Positions 34,380 through 49,600 of a DNA stretch of 64,000 nucleotides are shown here, one piece after another. The notes under the pieces are model-generated. The model made no database searches, had not been told where the DNA came from, and was given only the letters and a program-made list of their open reading frames with translations. Source of the DNA: Orbicella franksi (Eukaryota). The position numbers were made by a program, and so were the translations under genes. The first letter of the stretch is position 1. Each line of letters begins with the position of its first letter. Location of the stretch: the NCBI GenBank assembly GCA_964199315.1, contig OZ116698.1, positions 44,144,001 through 44,208,000 of the forward strand. Reading direction: 5' to 3'.

Positions 34380-34600
34380 AAATGGGATTACTAACTGAGC
34401 GACACTGCCAGCTGACGAACCGAATACTTCAAAATTCCGATCTCTTTGGAGGGATTACGCTATTGGTGCATCCAGCTCGTACAATGCCACGTGATCCGCG
34501 TTGTCATCGTCCGGTAGTTTATTGGCCGGAGGCTCAACCACCAATTTTACAAATTGGTACCCAGTTGTGAATGCCACACTCGTCATTGGTCGCCCACCTT
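34380..34600 (-). promoter_or_regulatory. Islet proximal promoter
   Basis: Four CCAAT boxes on the transcribed strand (34462, 34521, 34553, 34585), E-box CACGTG (34488-34493), and two TAATCC K50-homeodomain sites (34385-34390, 34452-34457). Confidence 0.65.
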
Positions 34601-37600
34601 TCATCACTTGTCAAACTTTGCGCGTTTTTTTAGATTTGAAACAGCGATAAACGCAGGTGTACGTTAAGAAACTAACCACAGAGAAATTTTTGTACTCTTG
34701 GAAATCACAGAACGGTGTAGCGATCTTGGCCTTACCGATCACGAGTGATGATTTCGGCAAGAGATTAGAAATCAAGATTTCTGGCCCGTCGCTAGCAAAT
34801 ACCTTGGAGCTGTTGTTGACTCAAGTGACAGCTGACTTTTGTATTTCACGTTGATTCACACACGTGGAAAGTTACTAAAGCAATATCTACTAGTGTTCGC
34901 CTTGAGAGGAGCGTGGATATCTGTCTGGGTACGTGTGAAATAAATCTACACGATAATTTCATGAGCTGAATTGAATCAGGTTCGCTGGCGTTGCTGCTGA
35001 ATGGAAGTCGCCTTTCAAATATAGAGAGTGTTTATGCGCCGTCAAAACCCGAGCCCGCCGAGAGAGGGCAATGTGAAAAGCATTGTTCAATTCTCTATGC
35101 ATGGCGACGCAACAACAAGCAAATTTGAATCAAAACAAAAGGGTGGATTTGGGGCTGGCTCTCATTGAACCTCAAACACTTCGATATAATTAGCAGAAAT
35201 TTGTGAAAGGAAGCAAACGAGATTTAGCACGTTCTAGTTAGAAGCTCCGCCTCAGCGGTCACCAAATAGTGAGATAGTGTCCGGCTCGGTATCACACTAT
35301 CGCTCGATGAAAGGAACCCTCACCCTCGACAAAAACCCAGACAAGCCGCGATGTTGAAAACTAGAGAGGTCATGATATTGACACAAATTGGAATGAAAAA
35401 TATTTACCCGAGAAATTTTCCCTTTGAATAGCAGAACAAAGTCCCCATTGAAAACATTTGTGCCCAACACAACGTGGAATAATAGCTTTTGTTTTCTTAG
35501 TTCAACTCGGGGATTTAAAAAACCATTCACCGTTGTCAAACATATCTCTTGATCGTCTGCACATGATTCCATGCCATTGTTGTAGCCAGCCCAACTAATT
35601 CATATATTAATTATCTGTCATATTCACTTGTCAAACACCTCATTTACGGACCCCTCGGCACCAGACCTCCTACTTTGAGGTAGTGACTGTAATTTCCTTT
35701 GTCTAATGGAGCGTTTAATCCTAAGCTGGATTGACCATCCCTAAGCCGAGCTGTCGCGCTTATAGGATTTCCGACTCGCCTTACTTGAGGATAACATTTT
35801 TGGAGAGCGTACAAAAAAGGTTAACACTATCGACAAGAAAGGTTTCAGTTAACCAACTGAGGTAAAACTGAATTGAAGAGTTGAAGAACTCGCTGAAATC
35901 TTAACTCGCCTCACCAAAATCAGTTCTAAAACTCAGTGTAGAATTCTGTCTGCGAGCGAATAACTGTAACACATAATTTCGAGCTTAACTCGGATGCGCT
36001 TTTATTACGAGTGAACTCTTCACAAAAAAGGTCGTTACGAAGATTGTTTTTCGCACCGTCTTTGCAACACGTCTTTCGTTGCCTTGGCTGAAATATTTCC
36101 TAACACCAGATCATTTGCATAGAAACGGAAACTAATAAGCCCGGCATTGGTCTGTTGATGTTTAGCAGAGGCGCCACCGAGGTGGCGGTCAAAGATGGAC
36201 ATGATCTCTTTACTGGGAGTCACATTTCTGCTCAAGTATTGTTCCGGCTGAGCTTCCGGGAAATTCAATTTATGGCCTCAACCCAATAAATCTGAAATTC
36301 GATGGTCCCGTTTCGAACTTCTTTTAAAATTTGATCAGGGTTTTAAGAACGAATATGTAAGATAAAGAAATTTATTCCAATGAATATTGACTTTGGTGCT
36401 AAGTGTTCCCAAAACGTGCCTTTTTGTTACAATACGAAAAATATATATAATCAAAAAAATATAAAAACAGGTGCCAACGGCTCCATTATGTCTTGCCAAC
36501 GTGACGGAAGAGAATACGCCGTAATCGAAAATTAAAATTAAATCCTTTTTCGTAACAACGTAAGGCAAAATACACGGACAATTTCGACGCTCTGTTAGTA
36601 GCGGCGGATAAGTTGAGTTGCTGCAGGTCCATCAGTGGACTCAAAATGTCGATTGTTAGCGGAGTTAAATAACAATAGCTTCTAATCTTGTGAAATTGGA
36701 ATAATCTTGGAAACTTTAAAATAAACTCAAATGATTAACGTAACTAACTGGTTATGTTAATTCGTAGAAAAACAGTGGTAAATGAAAAGAAATTTTTAAT
36801 ATTTTCAATCCGAAAACTACCCTAAAATCTATCAAGCACACAGACAGTGTTCTTTTTTCCTTTTTTTTTTCCAGAATGGGCAACTGAGATACGAATTTGT
36901 TTCATGTAAATTACCTAATGCAAAGGTTAGTACGATTTAAAAGAGGCTTATATAATCACTTGGCTCTATTTGTTGAACATTGGAATTACCATCAACAAAA
37001 AGACTGACAATTCTGGCGTTTTCCCTTTTCCACATTTTCCGCCAATCTTCGGAATCTGCTGGCTCCATGTATCAAGCTTAAGAATAAACAATTGTTTTCC
37101 TGTCGGTTACGAGAGCGTACAAGTTTTGTCGTCGCCTCAAAGGCAGGGGATTGTATCATAGTTGTATGATATGTGCGATGTAAAATAAAGAAAGGGACAA
37201 GAATTCAAGACAATTAGAAGCAATACACCACAGTTGAAGAGCTAGCCGCTTCATGTCGTGAATAAATGTACACAGGCCTGTGTAAACTTCAACAATTATA
37301 TTGATAGATCAAGAAGACGTGTTAGTATTGAATTGTACTGTCGAAAGCGCCCTTGAAATCCCAATATGTACCCTTGATTCGATTCTTTAGCCGGTGAAAT
37401 ATAATCATGTCTACTGTCTGTTCAAGAAACAGATAGAAAGCGTTCATGTGTGCGGATATCTTCGAGCATACTAAGAAGGCGTCCTTAGTAAAACTGAAAA
37501 ACATATGTATTTTCAGCAAAATGACATTCAGCGAGGTTTCCCTCCGAAAGGACTTCCAGATATGTTTGCTAATTTGCCTTGGCTTTGTTGTATCTCAGCT

Positions 37601-40600
37601 GGCGGTATTAGGAAAAACAATCGCCGTGTCAAAATGGCGGGAAAATAAGTGATCAAGGCGAAAGGCGATTGCTGGCGTTTGTGGACAATACTGGATTTCT
37701 ACAAAGTGGAAAATTAAGGCATCGCGTGGTTGATACGGGAAAAATCGTCCCGGAAATCATTTCCGCGTTCGCTTTATTTTCTGCCGTGCCTAATTCCTAA
37801 TATTGAAGAAGGAAATGGAACACAAAGGCTGAAACATCTGCTGGGAGAAAGCAAATGGACGAAGAAAACATTTACGGATACAATTAGTGTCGGGAAGATT
37901 TTACAATTCGTGAAAATGAGACCAGAAAAACGCAAATTCAAGAAAATCAATTCAGTTCAATTTTTAGTGAAGTCAGTCGATCTCATAAAATTAATTGGAG
38001 AGGTTTTGGGAAAAAAATAACAATATTAATAAAAACAAAAAGCAAAAAAAAAAAAACGAAGAACTGAGAAAATATGTTTACATGAAATGCCCCGTGGGAA
38101 TTTTTGCTTTAGGCAGCCCTCGAAGTGATAAAAACAAACAACTTCCATTATGGCCACGACATGTTTTTATAATTATTCCGTTTCGCTGTCCTTTTTGTCT
38201 TTCTCGCACAAAAGAAGTCAAACGAAAGTAGATTTGCATTCAGTATATATACACTTAGCAGTCAATAGTAATCATCAAGCTTCTTTTTTAAAGAGTGTGC
38301 ATTTAAAGTGAAAACAAACTCCATTTGATTGTAAAACATTACTTTGTATTGCAGCGACAGCATGACGTTTTCACCTTTCCTAAAAGATCATATCTGAAAA
38401 AGTATATAAAATTCATTGTACAAATTTAAAATCTTTATGTGCCTTAAGTGTAGTTTATCAGAAGAATAGTATGGTCACAAGACAAAATACATATTTTTGT
38501 TACTCTAAAATACTAAATGGTATATTTAAATCTAAGCAAATAGAGAACGATTATTCGTTTCAAGGGGACCTTGTGAAGCATTTTAGTAGTTGAATTATCT
38601 CTTTCAAGAATTTTGGTTATCTCAACGGAAATATTTCGTTCTGCACTCTATTTCCTTCAAGTAACAAGTCAACGAAGTTTGTTATTTTATATCAAGAAAA
38701 GCACTCTCTGTTCTTTCTAAAATACCACTGTTTATTTTCTAAGACACGAGGTTTTATTTTACAAGTAAGAAGATGCGATAATGTACGATTATTTACCAGC
38801 TAGTAACATTTACAAATCATCGAAGATTGAGAAATAATTGGCACGGCGTGAAGTAAAATATAAGCTGCGTGTGTTCTAGGCACCAAGTTAATTCAGTGGC
38901 TGCTTTAAAAATGAGTATTAAGACCAAAAAACCTTCTGAGATCAGTATTCTTTATGCGTGTCGAGTTTAATCCTTGGATTCAGTGTGAATGTCGAGGCTT
39001 TGGGCTTTTAGCAAACTACAAGAAAGGAGGGATTAAGTAACAAAACAAAGTTAGAAAGGAAAAGATACAAGTTAATCTGATAGCCAACGATAAGAAATAG
39101 CCAGAGACCCAAATCTATCTACATATTTTTAATTCTTATGAATGTTTCATCGCCTAACTTTACAAAATCTATTGATCTGTCACACGAGTAGAACAACGCA
39201 ATAGATATATAAGTTGTCAATGTTTACATTTTTTTCCTTAAGATAAAAAGTGAAAATGGTTTGAAACCATGATCTTCAAGATCTTGCACCCTCATATCTT
39301 ACAACCGTGCAAGAAAACTGTAATGCAAATGTAAAATATTTCTATTATGAATTTGTATAAAGCACAACACCCGTTTGAGAAAGACACGCAATCGGTTCTA
39401 GGTTTTCCGGAAACTATTCAAATAAAATCGCGTTTTCAACTGATGCTTCCAAAAACCAAAATAAAATGCTAACTTGAAAGATTTGAAAGTAGCATGCATT
39501 TTCTTAAAAATCGACTTCATCAACTTTATCTTACTTCCGACGGGCCAAATGCTTATTTATGGTGATATTTGAGAACGACCTCGATGTTTAATTTAAAAAT
39601 AGCCCTGGTGCAATACGAACTTATGTACAATTTTGTAGGGCAGCGATAGCGAATAAAAATTGTACCTTCGACTGATTCAACGTGTCGAAGACAAGCTATC
39701 GACCGCAAATCCCACCTACAGATAGTTATTAAGGTCAGGTCTAGACACCACATTTGAGTAAAATAAATGTGGTATCTGCAAGATGTACTTGGAATCGAAC
39801 AAGCCTGTTCCAATTATCTTTCTGGTTGGTATTAATAACGCAAAAGGAAGTCAAACGGAAGGAACGAAAATAATTTCATGTTTGCATAATCACATCAATC
39901 CAACTCTGACAACTTGAGCAGATAAATGGATGAGGCAAACCTCAGTATTTATAAAATTCATTTATGAGTTATGTGGCATTTATCTTACAGCTTGAGCAAC
40001 CGGTTTGCTTAGGTAACAAAAAAACAAACAAAGATAGTGCTGATTAAGCTACGGTTTGTGAAGAATAGCGAACAGCCACGAGCAATGAAATATTGGCCAA
40101 TGAAATAGAGGGAGACAACTGGAAATGAACAGAGAAAAAAACTTCCATGTGTTTCGTCAACAGCACCAAAAAAAGCGCAAACGGCAACAGTATCGTCAAC
40201 AACAACAAAACAGGCATTTCAAATTAATTAAGGTGCTTGCTCATCTATGAGCATTTCATCCTACAGTCAATATTTCTTATTTGTTGAAGTACACAACTGT
40301 ATGTAATGAAAAGGAGAGCGATTCTGTACAGGCTACGATGAGATCGCAAGCCATCGAGAGGGTCCGGGATAAGATGTGGTTATATAGTCTGGCTCCAGAA
40401 GTGCCCAAATATCAGTCGTCTAAAAGTCTACCTCTTGTCTAGCACATCAATTTATAACTGATCACAAATGACCCAGATTTCAAGTTTTTTTTCTAGTTTT
40501 GTGTTGGGCGCAAATCAGTTGCTTTAAGTATGTACATACACACTTTCTGTCTTAGGCTAAGTGCGTGATCTTCTTTTCACTCTCCTCAAAATCAAGTCAC

Positions 40601-43600
40601 TCCCTGAAATGTTTTCGACCATTGGAATACTGAGAGTTCAAGCGAAAAATCTTCGCACACCGTTGATTTGAACTTGTATTTGATTATCAGAGAGGTCACC
40701 CTTGTAATGCTATTTTACGGTGTTTTAAATTTGTCTAAAGGAAACTGAGAAAATGTACTGAATCACCTGTACTGAACACATCACGAGACCTCAGGGGCTT
40801 CACGGTGTCTAAATTCTTTACTCAAAAATCTTCAATTTTTGTTTTGAATTTAAAGACTGATGGCTTGGATGGAACGCACTGATAACGGAATATTCTTATC
40901 TTTGTATCAAGAAAAAGAGAAAAGTCGACCATCACAGATAAAGTGGCACCAGGAATCTTACACACTGAATAGTATTGCACAGTGTATAATGCTTCTGGAA
41001 ACAAATGAATTTAAACCTTTACATTACGCTATGGTATAAAATGTAGATTTTTCCCTTTACAGAATGTCATAGCTTATGGAACGTTTTCATATCGGCATGT
41101 TACGACACGATACTCCATCATTACCCTACATGTATTTGGAATTATCGTCCGAATTTTGTAACTAAGCGTTGATAGCATGAACTTGGAGCTGAAAGAAGTA
41201 TTCTACTAGAAATAATTTGTGATTTTTGTTGCAAAATTTGTGGCAAATGGCTTCCATCATGTTTTCTAGTAGACAAAACAATAAGTCAAGGAACAGACAA
41301 ATGAAACTTTTCATTGAGGCACTGCACGTGAACGAAGGATTCAAACAGACAAGCTTCAATCTTTCGGTAGGATTTACATTTTCTTTTCCTGCATTTCCTG
41401 AGGCAAAGTTGATTTGTAACTGAATTCAGAACAAGAGTGAGATAGTTTACCCCAGGAATCATTTTCGAGCTCTTCGTTTTCACTTTGATTTGCCATAACC
41501 ATTTCTGGCTAACATCTTGCTGGTGCAACATAGTATACAATAACATGCAAAATTTAAGCGGTGGATGTCCTTTCCGAACAAGGCTGGAAGATGCATTTTA
41601 TTCACTCGCGCCTGTGGAACCTATAACACAGTTAACTTGGGGTACCTTCCTCATTAATTATCTGTGATCTCAGAGCATATCCAACCCGCACTTCTTTGGT
41701 AGTTCTTAAATCTTGCTGTTGAGTTAGCTTAAGAGTAAAAATCGTACAAGTTTGTAAACAGCTCGAGTAATTTTTTTATGAAACTCTTGTGTTAAGCTCT
41801 TGTGGAAAGTCCTATTCCGAGGTACAATTTTAGGAGCTGTGTTCACTAAAACTTGACGTGAATTGTTGCGAAAAATGAAATAACGCTTCAGTAAAATTGC
41901 AATATACCGGTTACTATTCTTTGAAAAAGTCTCTGGGAAGATGAAACTGAAGAATTTAACTGAAGAAAAAAAGAGAATTACTTGCCTTTAAAAGAGGTAA
42001 ACTCTTTGACGTCAGCATTAAACATGACGATAGCTCTTAGAACTAATTTAGAACAGTGGCTGAGAAACAGAGACTTTTTGAATCCAAGGAATCGACATCA
42101 CAGAATAGACATTGCGACCTCCTTGAGCGTTTAACTTTGACATTGTTATACATGTATAGAGGTATCAATATAAGATAATGGCGTAAAACTACACTGTTGC
42201 AATCAAAGAACTGTCTCGCAGAATCTGGACGTCAACAAGTAAAGCCGTGGTATGCTAAATTATACATTACCCCCATTTCGTATGATTACAATTGTCCAAA
42301 AAAGATCGCTCATCTATGATACTGGGAAGCTCATATACTGAGTTGAAAAAAGAACCACAACTGAGCAGAATCGATATCATCATAAGAGCAATATTAGGAG
42401 TTTTATTTGGAACCACAAGTTGTCCTATATTAGACCTAGAGAACACTGTGGTTAATTCTGTAAACTTTCTCAGACTGCGCTGGAATGTTGGGTCGTGTCA
42501 CGTACTGTCAGAGTAAGCTAGAACTGATCGAGGGATCGAGGAGAGACTGTTTTCTCTTCTTGGTTTTGGCTTTTACGCAAAACTCTGTGATATTTAATAT
42601 CTCGATTTTATCTCTTCTCAGTGATGTGACCAAAAGAGCAGCAGTATGTGCTTAATCGTTTTCTCCATGTCAAAGTCTAATATTAAAGAGATTCGCTCTG
42701 ATGCCCAGAGTAGATTTAGCCGTGTCAAATTGGTTACTTCTGAACCAGTGCTACCAATATGCAACGCATGCACTATATTCAAAATTCAGTTGCGTATACA
42801 ACAATGGAAATACGCCTAACATATATTAGTCAATAAAATGCTTAAGGTGAAGAAAAAAATAACACAAATTTGTCCCGTACCATGTTTATGCCCTTATCCG
42901 AGTTAAGCAGCGTGTTGGAACGTCGTGCTGTTACCAAATCCTTAGCATTTTTGTCATTTTTTGCTTTTTTTTTCCCTCTTAAAATATTGCATCTACAAAC
43001 ACCGTCACGCCAACTCGTTAAGAATATAACTTTAATGAATAAAGAACATTTACAATTTGATATCTTACAAGGTCAAAGTTTCTGGATTTTAAGCCAAAAA
43101 GAAGTCAAAGTTTATGTTTACGTTTTCACTTAAAGCCACGTGACTGATTAACTTCTAAATTCTCTGAACTCAAATTCAATAGAACAAAAGATCTCACTAC
43201 CGGCATCTAAGAAATGTCTTGACTGAAAACAAGTGGCAAGTAAAGAGAATTCCGTTGCTTATCATGGGATTTTAAAAAGGTAACGTGTCATATACACGCT
43301 ATAAACACCACTTTCGCACATGTTTTAGCGATCCATTTCGTCAAGACTGAATACATGGTGCATGTAATTTCGTGTTCATTAGGTTGTACAATGTGAAGGA
43401 AACTGTGCATGAAACATAATGTGTGACCATGTAAATTCCTTACCCGTGGTATTGTTTCTTATACTGTGATCGTAACTTCTTTCAAGTCCGAAGATGACCA
43501 GTCTTTAACAGCCATGCAAATGAACGTTGCTGAGCGAGCCTCTCTTATCAAAATCCCTGGATTCTTTATGTTCTACAAGGTTGATGAGACCAAGTTTCTG

Positions 43601-46600
43601 ACCAATCAAGCGAAAGCTACTGGAGTAGAACTTTCATGTAGCACTGTTTATTTTGTAGTACGAGGTATTTTTAGAATCTGTTTATGAAGTCTTTTTAGCA
43701 GTATTTTTTTCAAGTATTATTGCGGTAGATAATGATAAAGCCATTGTCAGCGTTTTGTTCCCAAATTATGGCGCTCTACCTTCACGGGTCCAATCTGTGC
43801 TTCCAGCAGTTAAAGGTTCACTCCGCGTGGTTTACATGTGAGACGGACAAGTGAGTAACAGCTACAGGCGCTGGGAAGCATACAGTTCCCTTCTAATCAA
43901 TTCTTTGCTCGAGGTTACATTTGACAACGGTTTTCGGCAGAGAAGATTTTATCGAGATACATATAAAATTCATATCTGTTTTAGTTTTGGGCGACACTGG
44001 CCAAAAGCATCCCGTGTCTTATTTCCAAAATTCAGATGCAGTTTAGAGAGACTTCAAAAAAGGCTGGTCCCAAAAGACGAAAAACGCCTCAATTAATCGC
44101 CTTAGTGCTTCAAGTGTAGTTTCACAACTTCCAAAATGCGGCTTAAGTGTGACAAATATTGAAGCTGTTGACCAGAAATTGAAAAATAAAGGACATGATA
44201 AATGATAAAATGGGTTGTGATGTTTTCCTGTGGCGTTTCGTAACATTTAATGAAGTCAGCCAGGCTTTTAGTAAGAATAAGGGCTTTGTTTTTCCAATTC
44301 AATGTCGTTTCATTTCGATGAAAATGGCATTAAAAACCTATTTCATTTGTTTTCCACTTTTTTATTAGAAAAAATTCGAGGCAAGTCTAATTAATTTTAT
44401 TTGTATCATTCTCTTCATAACAACAAACGTTCATGATAAAGATTTAATAAAATTTGTTGCCGCTGTTGTCTTAATGTGCGAGTTTAAGGGGGATCGTTGA
44501 CTGTTATCTAAGCCAAACACATAACCCAAACACTTATTAGTTTTTTCTTCGCGATAACACAAAGAATAGGCGGAAATGTAAAAAGAGGAAATCCGCGACT
44601 ACGCGACGCCAAGTCGAAAACAGCCGACCAAAATCTCACCATTGTCCTCTTTACTGAAGATACGCATTCTTTTGTAGAATACAACTGCAGCTCACGTTGT
44701 TACAAAATGTTCCGTTAAGTTAATTTGAGAGCGAGATACATTTTCTACATTGATGCAATGACACTGAACTTTGTTGTTTTTTGTCACTGTTTTAGTATTA
44801 CTTCTTTGAAGTACATTTATAGTTATATGTACATTGCTCGCCGTGATTATTAAGCTTCCCGTCAGTGATTTGGTACAACATGATACAAATTTGACATTTT
44901 TAAACTCCAGAGAAACTGTCACATATAGAATACAAAGAATTCTAAGTAATGGTGATGTCGCAAGTGGACGAAGCTGGCCTGGTTTATTACTGAAATAACG
45001 TTTAGATATCGTTTGAAAGGCAACTTTCGCTGATGTACTGTTGCTGTCTTTGTCTGATGTTATGATATCTCATACGCTTACTGACGCAGCTAGCATCGTG
45101 CCACCAAAATCACAATTTATCCAATTAAGTATTTGTATGACATTCGGCACTTTTGAAGTAACAGGGAAATAAAAGAAATCATTTAAACGGTTTTATTGAA
45201 GCGAAAAAACACGATACCCATGTTTTAATGTTTCATGACAATTTTTCCAGAAGCGTTAAAACAACAAAGGTTTAGGGTTGTGTACCTGTGAAAACAATGA
45301 TAAGATTAATGAAGTTTAATACTCTTTGACTGAGAGAATGCCTCCAGGTTAGGCGATTCTCTAACTGTTCGAAACACCATAGAGCCTGAACAAAAATTAG
45401 CACAAAGCCTTTGTCACCAAATTTGAAGTATCGAAGACAAAACAATCGGATTACTTAGATCGGCGACAGGAGGGCGGCTTCTAAAACGGATGATATCACC
45501 CAGAGCCAGCAGTAGTTAATTGATTCATAAAAGATTCAGGAGACAAATTAAAAACCTCAATCACCAGGACTGGAAAATGAAAATCGAAATAGCATAGTGT
45601 TTCCTTTCTTTCCTTGTTAATTTGGACGACAATAGTTGTGTATCTTTGTCTTTCAGGAAACTTTCACTCTGCTAATTCTGTAGCTACACCATTTTTGAAG
45701 TTCGCAACTTTTATATTTTATTGTTGTTGTAGGGGAACTGCATGTTTACCATTTTATTTCCAAGAATGACCAATACCTCATTTCTCCTTACAATATGAAT
45801 AAATTATAAAGAAGACGAGTGGCAAAAATAGGGAAAATGATAAACTACAAAAAATTGTTTCCATGTGCAACTGATAGCCAGAGTTAACATTTCCATCGTG
45901 GAACTGAAAGGGTAGTGTGATCAAGACGTAAATACCACAAGGACAAACAACTTTCAAGCAATTGCAAAGCCAACTATTTCCCCATCGGGAATGGGTCTGT
46001 ATAGAATAGGACTTCATGGAGTTTTTTCTTTAACTCTTGCTTTTGTTAGAGACACGTTTCGCGCAGGAATAACATTGTATGTTTTATGCTTTGGTACGAA
46101 AACTTTGCGTGCTCTCGATGAGAATGTTATGTTTTTTTTTTTCAAAAGACGTAACGCCGATTGTGACAAAAATGGCATTTTCACCCACGTATCACGTAGT
46201 CCATTAGGAGGTCGTTAAAAAGTGTGCGAGTAATCCGAGAGCAGGTTTGAAATATTCTCGTTGATTTACTAAAGGAGATACACACCGGTGTAAAGTAAGT
46301 ACCAACGACAGGATAACGATAAATTCAAACACGATGATTAGAAAGTCTGAAGGGAAACACTTGAATTAAAGCGGGGAAATCTGGAGAAAACTGCGCGCAG
46401 AAAAAAAGAAATGAAAAGAAACACAACGTTAAAACATTCAAGGAAATTTTAAGATTAAAAGTGACATGCCGGTCATACTTCTTAACTAGATATTGAAGGT
46501 TTAACTGTAAATCAGGTACGCTTCTACGCGGAAACCGGCGAGAGAGAAGTCACTACCCTTTTTCGTAGTTTTCAATTAATATAATTTCCTGAATTCCTCA

Positions 46601-49600
46601 TAACAAATATCGTTTCAAATAACGGCAGGATGCAAAGGGCTGGGATTATTAAAAGCAGCCATTATCAGTCTTACAAAACCTGCGACTGAAGTTATTGTTA
46701 TCGAATGAAAGAAGCTAAATAGTATGCCTGGAGCGATAATCGGTGCCCGAACCTGTTTGCCACGCACGAAGTGCAGCACGTAACACTGGTAACAATATAC
46801 GAAAAAATTGCTTTTCTAAATAAAAGTGAAACTAAAATTGCAAAAAATCACCGAGTTGTATTCTCGATCGTCGAAAATGTTTTTCTTTCGCAGTAGCCAG
46901 ATCAAACGAGCATGGAGTAACTGATGTTAAAAACAGATGGCATTGAATATTCATTAAACGTAAGTTGTACAGTACATTAACTATACTTTCTTGTTACAAA
47001 CCACAAATTGCTCGAGCTAGGTAATGAGATATTCGAAAGCAGAGCCAGAGTAGTTTCTTTTTAAGGATGTGTGGAGTTTTTATAGGTAGAATTCAGTTGA
47101 TATAACATGAATCCTTCCAATCTCAAATGCTTGATAAAGAATTCTTGGTCTTGCCTAATATTCAACGAAAAAATTGACGCGAAATAGTGTAATGACATTA
47201 CATCCGAAAAATGGAAAACGTAATAAATCTTACTTTCTCAAATTTCCCGAGCATCATTGTTGTCAGAAAACTGCGAGAACGTTCATAAGATAATTCAGAA
47301 ATCATGTATACCAACTCTTACAACGTGCAATTGGGCGTGTACCATTTGACATCCTTTTAAAGATGTCAACTTAGAAGAGACAGCAAAAGATAAAACAACC
47401 CTCTCCTTTCAGAAAACATTATTCATCTGCATTGTGGATTATAAAAGCCTAGAGGACGTAAAGAAGATCTTATAAAGATGCAGATTACACAGGATTTGTA
47501 AACAACAGGGCCGAGATAAATGGCGAGGTTATAATTGTACATCTATCTTCATCGTTTTCAAATTACAACCGGAGAGCGAAGCTTAAAGTAAAGGCGGAAA
47601 AAGGAAGGGCAGTTCTCATTTGCATGAAGTGGATTAATCAAACTCTTAACAACTATCTTGCTGAATGTTCAATGAAGATAAAAAAAAAATGTTGTAAAGG
47701 TCGTAAAATAAGTGTTCTGTTAAATGTTCAATTCGTTTTGAACACCAGTCCATACACGTTTAGACAGAAATTCATGAACTTACTCTTCAATTTGTATGAG
47801 TGATGATTTTCTTAACTTTGCTAGCACGAAGATGAACATTTTGATTAATGAATGCTGAAGTCTACTTGCAATTTTCTAAGTTTTCTTTTAAAAACGCGAA
47901 AACCCTCTTGCAGGTGAACTTTCCAAAATTAATAATGTCGCTGTCTTTGAGGATTGGACAAATGGCAAGGAGGTTTGAGACGCCTTATCTTTTGCCACCA
48001 GTTGTTATGATTTACAAGCTGAGTACCAACAGAACGGAACTCCATGCAGAAGAAGTAAAAGTCCCGATTTCAGTTCTTCTCTTCGCTTTTAAAACTACAA
48101 ACGAGAGAATTTCTCTTTTACGAACTGTGGAACAGTATTAATTGTTTCGGAGTTTAGTCTAGGTTATCCGGTCAAACAATGCTGGAAACCGTGGAGTTAA
48201 AGCAGTTTCTAAAGCCAGACTTTAGGCTATCACTGACCGTCGAAATACCGACAACAGGGGTTATTCTACAAAGTAGGAGGCCCTGTTATTTCGATACTTC
48301 AGCCAAACAGAACTGAACATCAAGCAAACAAACTTACAACAGTCCATTTTGAAATCAAGCAAAAGTGCACTCTCACCTTTAGATGCGATCGTGTCCATGC
48401 TTGATATAAACTGGCCCTTCATGTAACACGTTAGAATTCCAATTTAGCGACGCGTAAACAGCGCTCTGGAGCTTCTACCAAGGACGTCCTGCTGTGTTCA
48501 CTAACTGAGGAAGAAAGAAGGAATAGATATCAATTAATTTCAAGAAACCAAATAAAGCAAAAGGTCCAGTCGAGCGAACAGCCCTGACCTGGGCCGGCTT
48601 GAAAATATCGAACACACTGCTTTCCTATTTTACTATCTTAATCGAAAAACGACAGAAACTGAATTGTGTGCCGAGCAAACATAAAAGATTACTTTAAACT
48701 TGACTATTTTTAAAGTAGTTTCCTTTCAGTGTAGTATGGAGCGGTTTTTTTTTTTTCGCACAGTGCATAAATAACTGGAAACACAATATGGAAAAATTGC
48801 CACTGTACTAAAGATCTCACCAACCTGCCAAAGCGACTTAAGTGAAACGGCTGTATTAGTTTGTTGTTGGAAAGGCGTAGAAAATTAAGGCCAGTGAGTC
48901 TCATTTCCCTGTTATACATTAGCAAGTTATTGTCATGAAACAATTTAATGTGGACGTCATAAATGTGATTTGAGTTTTTTTTCTTATTTTATCAATATCT
49001 GCCTTTAGGCACGCAGATGTCAGTATAGAAGACAAAAACATCTGTCAAACAGAAAGGATTTGTTTCGCTCACTCGGTAAGACGGCTAAAGATAACTATGG
49101 CTTTAAAACAGAAACGACTCTCCTCAAATATATCAGTTGGTAAAATGTAATATAAACAGTAAATAAGTGAGTTATTGCCAGACCGAGAAAGAGGGTCGTT
49201 TTCTCAGGACAAGACCCACCCAAGAATCTGCAGATATACAACTATCTTGATGAAAAGTTGAGTATTTTTAGCGGTGTTTTAAAAACGAGCTTTCACTTGA
49301 AAAAGAACGTTAAACACAATGCAATTGACTGACAGAGAAAATTAAATATCGCTTTGTTGTTTGACTCTAGAAACACTACAAAATAACAAATACAGCGAAC
49401 AAAATGAACTAAATTACAAATTAACACAAGGGCGACAAATGGTAGCGAAATTAATGGTGGGAACGAGATTTGCTAAATCCCTGCAAGGAAAATTTTATTT
49501 ATGAGGGACACCATCATTGGTTTGCACGAATCTCAAGTTGGGTAAAGAAAGATGCAATTTCATTATACTAAGTTGATAATGGGCACCTATATATTTTTGG

